The notes under the pieces are model-generated. The model was given only the letters and a program-made list of their open reading frames with translations. It was not told the origin of the DNA and made no database searches. From a virus: a DNA stretch of 28,832 nt. The stretch is from IMG/VR virus record IMGVR_UViG_3300045988_064919, positions 1 to 28,832 of that record. One strand, 5' to 3'. A program made the translations under genes and the position numbers. Shown here in pieces: positions 1 to 6,364 of this stretch (within the stretch, counting starts at the first letter, position 1; the number at the start of each line of letters is the position of its first letter).

Positions 1-99
1 AAAAGAATATTGTTGGGCAACAAATCAATATTTCGCAGATTTATATAAAGTTTCTAAAATTACAGTAAGTAGATGGATTAGCGCTCTATACAAAAAAGG
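1..99. repeat. Terminal redundancy: identical to 28734..28832 (circular-assembly overlap)
   Basis: Read directly: nt 1-99 (aaaagaatattgttgggcaac...ctatacaaaaaagg) are repeated exactly at the window end. Confidence 0.95.
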
Positions 100-652
100 A
101 TATATTGCCGTAGAAACATTGTATAAAGAAGGAACAAAAGAAATTATAGAAAGGCATTTATATATTGTAAATCCCCCTATCAATATTGTTAATACCCCTA
201 TTAACAAAAATGTTAATAGGTATATACAAAATGGTTTAGAGGGTATTAACAAAAATGTTAATCACCCTATTAACAAAAATGTTAAAGAGAATAATAAAAT
301 TATTAATAATAAAATTAATAATAAAATAGAAGTATATAAGCACAAACATAAATACGGTGAATATTCACACGTGTTGCTTACAGATAAAGAACACACACAC
401 CTATTAGATTTATATGGTGATTCATTAGATGAGCATATAAAGATATTAGATGAATATATTGAAACAAGTGGAAAAAAATACAAGAACCATTCACTAGTGA
501 TTCAGAAGTGGGTACATGATGAATGGATCAAAAGGAATAAAGATAAGCCTATCACGCTTGATTCAAAGTTTTATGCAGAGCAAAACACAAAGACAGATAA
601 AGAAGTACAGGACGAATTTAATAGGCTTAGAACACAACTGTTTGGAGCATAG
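1..652 (+). CDS. Replisome organizer / DnaD-like replication initiation protein, C-terminal part (continues from 28618..28832 across the circular junction)
   Basis: Codon phase (2,5,8...) is continuous with the ORF leaving the window end. HTH-like segment [29 protein letters not shown]-terminal DnaD-like segment VLLTDKEHTHLLDLYGDSLDEHIKILDEYI. Carries iterons in-gene. Stop TAG at 650-652. Confidence 0.7.
   Translation, partial: KEYCWATNQYFADLYKVSKITVSRWISALYKKGYIAVETLYKEGTKEIIERHLYIVNPPINIVNTPINKNVNRYIQNGLEGINKNVNHPINKNVKENNKIINNKINNKIEVYKHKHKYGEYSHVLLTDKEHTHLLDLYGDSLDEHIKILDEYIETSGKKYKNHSLVIQKWVHDEWIKRNKDKPITLDSKFYAEQNTKTDKEVQDEFNRLRTQLFGA
176..285. promoter_or_regulatory. Putative replication-origin iterons inside the replisome organizer gene
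   Basis: TATTAACAAAAATGTTAA occurs 3 times exactly (199-216, 244-261, 268-285). Each contains the inverted repeat TTAACA-N4-TGTTAA. A degenerate copy TATCAATATTGTTAA lies at 178-192. Confidence 0.6.
290..328. repeat. AT-rich tandem repeat (AATAATAAAATTA, about 2.8 copies) next to the iterons; candidate DNA-unwinding element
   Basis: aataataaaatta at 290-302 and 305-317, partial copy at 318-328. Almost pure A/T. Confidence 0.5.
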
Positions 653-668
653 AGAGGTGATTAAATAA

Positions 669-1286
669 ATGGATTACATGATGATAGAACCGTACACAAA
701 TGAATTTAAAGGGTTTGTGAGCGATAAACAAGTCGAAAAAGAATTAAATCTAACAGGATTACAGTTTAAAAGATTCGTGCAATTCTCAAAGCTTTATAAA
801 GGGTGCTTATTAATTGAGGATGAATCAGAAGAGAAATCAAGTAGGATTCGAGAAATGAGCCAATTGGTGTGTGAAGGAAGATATGGACGTAAATATTACG
901 TAACTACATTCGGCAACGCTTATACAGTTAAAGACGGAAAAAAAGCACCTTTAAAAGTTACGAAAAAAGGTTTAAACACTTATCAAGTTAAGATAAATGG
1001 TAAATATAAATCAATGTCTAGATTAATGTATCAAGCTTTTATAGGTGATTTAAAAAATAATGAAATTACGTATTTCGACGGTGGAATAACAATAAAGCAC
1101 ATTAAAAAAAGCAGTAAGTCAGAACATTGTAGAAGATATGCAAAATTTAAAAAAGTACAGGTTGGAGATAAGGTTTACAACAATGTACAAGAATGTGCAA
1201 ATGATATTGGATATAGCTATTGGACTATACAAGAAAAGATATATGGAAGAATACAGAATGATATAGGTGCTAGATACGTTGATTAA
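669..1286 (+). CDS. NUMOD4/HNH_3-like DNA-binding protein (homing-endonuclease-like, catalytic motif not evident)
   Basis: ATG after AGAGGTGA. Segment YYVTTFGNAYT...YQVKINGKYKSMSRLMYQAFIG resembles NUMOD4/HNH_3. C-terminal VQECANDIGYSYWTIQEKIYG resembles an IENR1/NUMOD1 HTH. Confidence 0.45.
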   Translation: MDYMMIEPYTNEFKGFVSDKQVEKELNLTGLQFKRFVQFSKLYKGCLLIEDESEEKSSRIREMSQLVCEGRYGRKYYVTTFGNAYTVKDGKKAPLKVTKKGLNTYQVKINGKYKSMSRLMYQAFIGDLKNNEITYFDGGITIKHIKKSSKSEHCRRYAKFKKVQVGDKVYNNVQECANDIGYSYWTIQEKIYGRIQNDIGARYVD

Positions 1287-1298
1287 GGAGGATTAAGA

Positions 1299-1544
1299 GT
1301 GATATTAAAGAATGTATTTATTAATTGCATTTATTTGTTATGTGGCTCATTTGCATTGATGGTTTCAGTTGTCATCATACAAGTATTAATTGAGCACATT
1401 ATAGAAGTAATTAGAAGATTTAGACAAGAACGCTCATTGATGAGAATTATTAGATTGTGTGAAAAAGAGATATTAAAGTGTACAAATGCAGATGAATTAA
1501 ATGAATTGATGAAAAGGATTGAGAATAACAATGAGCAAATGTAA
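1299..1544 (+). CDS. Small membrane protein, unknown function
   Basis: GTG 7 nt after AAGGAGG. N-terminal hydrophobic helix CIYLLCGSFALMVSVVIIQVLI. Confidence 0.5.
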   Translation: MILKNVFINCIYLLCGSFALMVSVVIIQVLIEHIIEVIRRFRQERSLMRIIRLCEKEILKCTNADELNELMKRIENNNEQM

Positions 1545-1875
1545 TGGATGTATACATGAACATTTATCAGAGCTTAAAGAGCCTTGTGTGAGTTGTAAAG
1601 GCAGTTATAGACAAGATACTATGGGATATTTAAAAGCAAAGGATTGTTTTAAACCTAAAGAAAAAGCAGATGATGAAATCGACATGGTAAATCATCCACC
1701 ACATTATCAACATGGAATTGAGCCGATTGAATTTATTGAATCGCACAATCTTAACTTTAATTTAGGTAGTGCAGTTAAATACATTGCAAGAGCACCTTAC
1801 AAAGGTAAGGAATTAGAGGATTTGAAAAAAGCAAAGTGGTTTATAGAAAGAGAGATTAAAAGACATGACAAGTAA
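1531..1875 (+). CDS. DUF3310-family protein with N-terminal Cys-rich segment
   Basis: HPPHYQHGIEPIEFIESHNLNFNLGSAVKYIARAPYKGKELEDLKKAKWFIE matches the DUF3310 pattern. The ORF opens at TTG 1519; ATG 1531 is preferred. Confidence 0.6.
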   Translation: MSKCNGCIHEHLSELKEPCVSCKGSYRQDTMGYLKAKDCFKPKEKADDEIDMVNHPPHYQHGIEPIEFIESHNLNFNLGSAVKYIARAPYKGKELEDLKKAKWFIEREIKRHDK

Positions 1876-2362
1876 AGAAATGATTAAAGATATGCTTGAA
1901 AGACAGAAAGCATATGATGAGGAAGTATTTAAGAAACATAATGTAGACTATGTTTCTAAAACTCAATTAGAAAGTGCGTTGTTTGATGAATTAGGAGAAT
2001 TGATGCACGCTCAGAAATCAGATTGGTGTTGGTGGAAGTTCACGCAAGAGCCTAAAGACGAAGCTAATGTATTTGAAGAATATATTGATGTTGTACATTT
2101 TGCTTTAATGTATGAAATCAAGTTCGGTTCAGGACGCTATCAATATGAAGATATTGAGTGGAATTACAACAAGCTAAAAACGGATTTAGAATTTGGACAG
2201 GCATATACATTTAGTTGTGTAATCAGTTTAACAAGAGATGATAACATATTAGCTTATGTAATCGCATTAGGGTTGCATCTAGGATATTCGTTTGAGGAAA
2301 TCTACAACGAATATATTCGCAAGAATGAGATCAATAAAGAAAGATTAGTGAAGGGGTACTAG
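1865..2362 (+). CDS. All-alpha dUTPase_2/MazG-like nucleotide pyrophosphohydrolase
   Basis: LFDELGELMHAQKSDWCWWKF...EEYIDVVHFAL resembles the dimeric dUTPase_2 family common in Bacillota phages. Confidence 0.55.
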   Translation: MTSKEMIKDMLERQKAYDEEVFKKHNVDYVSKTQLESALFDELGELMHAQKSDWCWWKFTQEPKDEANVFEEYIDVVHFALMYEIKFGSGRYQYEDIEWNYNKLKTDLEFGQAYTFSCVISLTRDDNILAYVIALGLHLGYSFEEIYNEYIRKNEINKERLVKGY

Positions 2363-2364
2363 GC

Positions 2365-2601
2365 ATGTGGATTATGAGTCAGAGAAGAAATGCTTTAGTA
2401 AATATTAATTTTATGCATGTTATTAATGACGGCAATTTCTTTTTGATATGTGGCGCAACAACTGATGGATTTGATTGTGAGCTAGGTATTTATTCCAGTG
2501 AAAAAAAGGTTTTAAGAGTATTAGATGAAATTGAAAAGCATTTGGAATATCCACACGTTGAAATATTCCAAATGCCACAAGATGAGGATGTTGAAGTATG
2601 A
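2365..2601 (+). CDS. Hypothetical protein
   Basis: ATG after AAGGGG. 78-aa ORF ending in an ATGA overlap with the next ATG (2598). Confidence 0.5.
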   Translation: MWIMSQRRNALVNINFMHVINDGNFFLICGATTDGFDCELGIYSSEKKVLRVLDEIEKHLEYPHVEIFQMPQDEDVEV

Positions 2602-2896
2602 AAGATAAAGAATTGAAAAAAACTTAGAAAAGGAAAGAAAAAAACAAAGAGAAGATGTCATAAAAATAAATACTTTTATCAGATTAGATAAAAGCAATGC
2701 TTCTGAAATCGATAAACAAATTGAGCAAACTTATTTATCTTTGCAAAAGAATATTAAATTTGTCTGTACCAATAAAGACTTGATGAACAGGATGCTAGAT
2801 GAATTAGACTACATTGTTTACGCATCGAAACTATATGGTGGAAAGCATGTTATGGAAGAATTGGATAATCGTTACAAAAATAAATTAATGAGTTAA
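2598..2896 (+). CDS. Hypothetical coiled-coil protein requiring a -1 shift at an A7 run (2616-2622)
   Basis: ATG AAA GAT AAA GAA TTG AAA AAA then 0-frame ACT TAG. The -1 frame (AAC TTA GAA ...) is open to TAA 2894-2896 and has no start codon of its own until about 2782. Confidence 0.45.
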
Positions 2897-2897
2897 A

Positions 2898-3170
2898 ATG
2901 AGAATGAAAATGATTAGATTACAAAATAATTATGCAATCACTTCTAACGGTGGTTCATTCGCCCTTGTAACGTTCGTAAAGGGTAAGGATAAAGAAGGAA
3001 ATGAGATAGACGTACAAAAGCCTATCTCATACCATACAACGCTAGAATCGGCTTTACAGAGCTATTCTAACAATCGTATGGCAGATTTAGTTTCTAACGT
3101 AGATTTAGACTTGAAACAAGTTAAACAGGCTATTAATGATTTAAAAAGGGAGATAAAGGCGTATGAATAA
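2898..3170 (+). CDS. Hypothetical protein
   Basis: 90-aa ORF in the early module. No domain recognised. Confidence 0.5.
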   Translation: MRMKMIRLQNNYAITSNGGSFALVTFVKGKDKEGNEIDVQKPISYHTTLESALQSYSNNRMADLVSNVDLDLKQVKQAINDLKREIKAYE

Positions 3171-3252
3171 ATATCAAGAAGCGTTAAATCGAATGGAACA
3201 ATCATATTACAATTTCGATGGTTGTATTAGTGCAATGAACAAATTCAATTAA
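3163..3252 (+). CDS. Possible 29-aa ORF
   Basis: ATG overlaps the end of the preceding gene. Its stop TAA lies inside the 53-bp repeat. Too short to support strongly. Confidence 0.2.
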   Translation: MNKYQEALNRMEQSYYNFDGCISAMNKFN

Positions 3253-3295
3253 AATTCGAGCAGGAATCTCCTGACTTTAGTCAGGAGTAGTTGAC
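3243..3295 (+). repeat. 53-bp perfect direct repeat, copy 1 (hairpin CTCCTGAC-TTTA-GTCAGGAG at 3268-3287)
   Basis: attcaattaaaattcgagcaggaatctcctgactttagtcaggagtagttgac is identical to 22814-22866. Confidence 0.95.
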
Positions 3296-3354
3296 ATACG
3301 TTAATAAGGATGCAAAAATTGAAGATATTCTAGAAAGTTGTGAGGTAATAAAAA

Positions 3355-3837
3355 ATGATTAATGTAGCAGTAATAGCAGGACATCTAACAAAAGATGTTG
3401 AACTATCAAAAACACATAACGGAAATAGCGTAGCAAAGTTTACGGTAGCAGTAAATGGAATTAATGATAATACAGATTTTATTAATTGTGTAGCATGGAA
3501 TAAATTAGCAGATATTGTAAATATGTATTGCAAGAAAGGTGATTTAGTTACAGTCGAAGGAAGAATTAGTGTTAGAAATTATGAGAATCAACAAGGACAG
3601 AAGGTTTATATCACTGAAGTGGTAGCTAATAACGTACAATTGCCGCCTAAAAACGCTTCTAATGGGCAGAATTACAATTCTAATATAAATACATATCAAC
3701 AACCTAATCAAGCATATAACAACACTTACGGCGTTCAAAACACATATACGCAACCAAGTTTGACACAACAAATTGCACAACAAGAATATAACGATGGAAG
3801 TGGTCTACAGATTGCTTCAGATGATTTGCCATTCTAG
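3355..3837 (+). CDS. ssb: Single-stranded DNA-binding protein
   Basis: OB-fold N-terminus MINVAVIAGHLTKDVEL...FTVAV...FINCVAWNKLAD, Q/N-rich linker, acidic tail SDDLPF. Confidence 0.9.
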   Translation: MINVAVIAGHLTKDVELSKTHNGNSVAKFTVAVNGINDNTDFINCVAWNKLADIVNMYCKKGDLVTVEGRISVRNYENQQGQKVYITEVVANNVQLPPKNASNGQNYNSNINTYQQPNQAYNNTYGVQNTYTQPSLTQQIAQQEYNDGSGLQIASDDLPF

Positions 3838-3849
3838 GAGGTGGTTTTA

Positions 3850-4044
3850 ATAGAAATGAATTACGAAGAAATTATTAAAGAGTTAATTTCTAAAAGCAAT
3901 AGACTAGGAAGGAAGAATATTGAATTGGAGCAGACTTTAAAAGAAAGAAACGCAAAAATTCATAATCAAGCTAAAGAAATCAAGAAATTAAGAAGTGAAG
4001 TTGGCGAATTAAAAGATAGATTGTATAGGGTATACAGTTCATGA
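3850..4044 (+). CDS. Small coiled-coil protein (start ambiguous: GTG 3841, ATA 3850 or ATG 3856)
   Basis: AGGAGGTGG at 3836-3844. GTG lies inside the SD, ATA is at good spacing, ATG is 12-15 nt away. Ends in an ATGA overlap with the next gene. Confidence 0.5.
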   Translation: MEMNYEEIIKELISKSNRLGRKNIELEQTLKERNAKIHNQAKEIKKLRSEVGELKDRLYRVYSS

Positions 4045-4367
4045 GCACGTATGAAGATATTAAGAGACACTTTTTGTGTGAATGTCAATCTTATACATAT
4101 TATGAGCAAAAGATAGCAGAGCTACAAAGGGATGAAGCAATTTATCCTTTAAAAGCCGAGCTATTCATAGCTCATGCAGATTATGCAAGAAGAATGAACT
4201 ACGTAAAAGACAAATTAAGCCAACTTGATGATACAACTCGAACAATGATTGAGTATAGATATATAAAAGGATTCAGTGCAGAAAAGACATCTAATATTGT
4301 AGGTTATGCAAGAGAAGAAATCCCAAGAAAGATAAACAAGAATTTAAAGAAAGTGCTCACAATGTGA
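4041..4367 (+). CDS. Sigma-70 region-4-like late transcription regulator (ArpU/RinA-like)
   Basis: Sits just upstream of the packaging module. C-terminal MIEYRYIKGFSAEKTSNIVGYAREEIPRKINKNLKKV resembles a sigma region-4 HTH. Confidence 0.5.
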   Translation: MSTYEDIKRHFLCECQSYTYYEQKIAELQRDEAIYPLKAELFIAHADYARRMNYVKDKLSQLDDTTRTMIEYRYIKGFSAEKTSNIVGYAREEIPRKINKNLKKVLTM

Positions 4368-4376
4368 GCATTTTTT
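4354..4376 (+). terminator. Rho-independent terminator overlapping the regulator stop codon
   Basis: TGCTCACA-A-TGTGAGCA followed by TTTTTT. Confidence 0.6.
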
Positions 4377-4378
4377 CA

Positions 4379-4387
4379 TGTAATAAT
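4379..4387 (+). promoter_or_regulatory. Extended -10 promoter (TGTAATAAT) for the tRNA
   Basis: TGn + AATAAT. The hexamer ends 7 nt before position 4394, which is tRNA nucleotide 1. Confidence 0.4.
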
Positions 4388-4393
4388 TGTTTT

Positions 4394-4469
4394 AGCAGGA
4401 TAGAGCAGTAGTAGCTCACTAGTCTTATTAGCTAGAGGCCGAATGGTGCAAATCCTTCTCCTGCAACCA
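4394..4469 (+). tRNA. tRNA-like gene, anticodon UAU (decodes AUA), initiator-type features, non-canonical elbow
   Basis: Hand-folded cloverleaf. Acceptor AGCAGGA/TCCTGCA (A1xA72 mismatch), UA, D arm GAGC-AGTAGTA-GCTC, anticodon arm CTAGT-CTTATTA-GCTAG, variable AGGCC, T arm GAA(T)GG-TGCAAAT-CCTTC, then A73 and CCA. Confidence 0.7.
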
Positions 4470-4552
4470 TGTTTACAAAGCCTATGAGCAAGTCCTTTTC
4501 GAATTAGATATTAAATACCAACAATGGCATATTATTAGGCTTTGATATATTA

Positions 4553-4576
4553 CCGAGCGTTTGTCTCGGTTCTTTT
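4553..4576 (+). terminator. Rho-independent terminator downstream of the tRNA
   Basis: CCGAG-CGTTTGT-CTCGG followed by TTCTTTT. Confidence 0.65.
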
Positions 4577-4594
4577 AATAATAAGGAGGAGAAT

Positions 4595-4840
4595 ATGGGT
4601 TCAAAAGAATTTCAAGAATTAGCAATGAATGCAGTATTTCAAGTGAATCCAAATATTGCAATCAGTGAAATGTTCGTTGTATGAATGGTTAAAGTGCTTC
4701 AAAACAATAAAGCATTGATTAGTGCTCAAAGCACAGACAATTACTATGAGGTAACGTATAACGGCGATAAAAAGGAATTATACGTTGATGAATACATCAA
4801 GAATACAAATACTTGTCTAAATGTAAATGACGCTCTATGA
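4595..4840 (+). CDS. DUF6275-like protein interrupted by an in-frame TGA (4682-4684)
   Basis: ATG after AAGGAGG. Reads ...ISEMFVV*MVKVLQNNKALISAQSTDNYYEVTYNGDKKELYVDEYIK. From memory, homologues read VVW at the stop position. Confidence 0.5.
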
Positions 4841-4860
4841 GTTTAAAAAAAGGGGATAAA

Positions 4861-5841
4861 ATGGAGATTATTAGATTAAATATCAATGACATTACACCTT
4901 ATGAAAAGAACGCAAAGATTCATACTGAAACACAAATTGAACAAATTAAGAAATCTATTCAAGAATTTGGTATGAATGACCCAATTGCAGTATGGGTAAA
5001 AACAATACCATAGTTGAAGGTCATGAAAGATTAGAAGCCTTAAAGCAATTAGGCTATATATCAGTTGACTGTATCAGACTAGACCATTTGACAGATGAAG
5101 AAAGAAAAGCTTATACACTTGCTCATAATAAAATCAATATGAATACAGGATTCGACAAAGGAAAGCTTGTTGCAGATGATGACTATATAGAATTGTTGAA
5201 AGGCTGTAATTGTGTAGTGCAAATAAGCATGGTTTGTTCAAAATACGACAAAATAGAAAAAGGATGTCCAACTTTTGAAGAAAGACTCCAAATATTAGAA
5301 AAGGTTTCTAATAACGTAAAAAGAACAATTGTAAGAGTGCAACCATATATGCATGAAGTATATAAACAATTTAGAAAGATTCAAGAAAGCAGGGGCTTAT
5401 GGTGTAATCATTGAAGGAATGAAATTCAAAAAGAAAAAAAATGGATTAGTTAAGGTGGCCGGTGATTTTACATATCCTTACAATTTAATATTAAATGATT
5501 TCTTAGCGCTAAAGAAAAGGGCTCATGAGCTTGGTTTAAAGATTTATGCAGGAGAGAATAGAATCAGACCATACGGAGATTCTCTTACTTGTTGTGGCAT
5601 TGATGGATTAGATGGATTTACACCAAACGTTTATAACCTTAATCATATGCTTAACGGAGACATTCAGAAGCCTTCACAAGCAATGTTAGAGCCTAAAACC
5701 GGTAAACCATTTAATGGATTGCAACAAAATTCAATCAAAGGAAGATGGTATCGACAACATTCATTTGAGGAAAGTATGAAGCAATATTATTTAACAAATA
5801 AGCGTAACGTAGAAATCATATTTGGTGTTAAACATGAATAA
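4861..5841 (+). pseudogene. ParB-like nuclease-domain protein fused to a radical-SAM/SPL-like barrel region, split over three frames
   Basis: MEIIRLNINDITPYEKNAKIHTETQIEQIKKSIQEFGMNDPIAVW, then the frame breaks at GGG 4994-4996. It continues GKNNTIVEGHERLEALKQLGY (ORF 4992..5414). A second frame change at about 5335-5414 leads into ORF 5353..5841. Confidence 0.55.
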
Positions 5842-5989
5842 GCAAATACAATTATATAAGCAAAAAATGAAACAAATATATGAAGAAGCACAGACTACAA
5901 CAGGATATAGGAAAAAAGACCTTATGCGTAAATATAGAAAAATGCAAAAGGAGTTATCAGATTGCATGATGTATTTTAAAAAGAGGTGA
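5834..5989 (+). CDS. Small basic hypothetical protein
   Basis: 51-aa ATG ORF. Its TGA (5987-5989) is in the same frame as TerS. Confidence 0.35.
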   Translation: MNKQIQLYKQKMKQIYEEAQTTTGYRKKDLMRKYRKMQKELSDCMMYFKKR

Positions 5990-5995
5990 TATAAA

Positions 5996-6364
5996 ATAGC
6001 AAGAAAAAAAATTATTAATCAAAAACAGTTTGAAGCTTTATGTGAAATTCAATGTACAAAAGATGAAATCTGTTCTGTGTTAGATGTATCGGACAAAACA
6101 TTAGACAGATGGTGTAAAGAAACATATAAAGCGTCATTCTCCGAAATTTTCAGGCAAAAAAGACAAGGAGGATGCGCAAGCCTAAGAGCAAAGCAGTGGA
6201 AATTAGCTTCTAAAAGCCCTGCTATGGCTATTTTCTTAGGTAAACAATTCTTAGGGCAAACAGATAAGGTAGAAACACATTTTGACGCTTCAGAAGTAAA
6301 TGCAATTAATAAAGCTATGATTACAGATGTAGCAAAAGAAAGAAGAATTGAAGACTTTGAATAA
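5996..6364 (+). CDS. terS: Terminase small subunit, apparent ATA start
   Basis: AGAGGTGA (5982-5989) + 6 nt + ATA GCA AGA AAA AAA (MARKK). QKQFEALCEIQCTKDEICSVLDVSDKTLDRWCKE...AMAIFLGKQFLGQ is typical TerS. The first canonical in-frame start is GTG 6077, with no SD. Confidence 0.75.
   Translation: MARKKIINQKQFEALCEIQCTKDEICSVLDVSDKTLDRWCKETYKASFSEIFRQKRQGGCASLRAKQWKLASKSPAMAIFLGKQFLGQTDKVETHFDASEVNAINKAMITDVAKERRIEDFE

Noticed and set aside
176-328. CRISPR-like array
   Set aside because: The repeats are 18 bp with irregular 6-27 bp gaps and lie inside a coding frame. No cas genes are present. The pattern fits origin iterons, not CRISPR.
4394-4469. The tRNA as a stop-codon suppressor explaining the in-frame TGA, TAA and TAG codons
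   Set aside because: With the only consistent anticodon stem (CTAGT/GCTAG) the 7-nt loop is CTTATTA, giving anticodon TAT. This is not complementary to any stop codon. Widening the loop to 9 nt still centres on TAT.
4476-4544. Second tRNA or structured RNA after the tRNA (9-bp long-range stem CAAAGCCTA / TAGGCTTTG enclosing 51 nt)
   Set aside because: No D, anticodon or T arms can be drawn. A GAGC is present but there is no matching GCTC. It may be a spacer hairpin; there is too little evidence to call a gene.
5834-6364. The small ORF 5834..5989 and TerS are in the same frame, separated only by TGA: a possible read-through fusion
   Set aside because: AGAGGTGA overlaps that TGA and is optimally spaced for ATA 5996. 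MARKK... is a typical TerS N-terminus. Two separate genes is the simpler reading.
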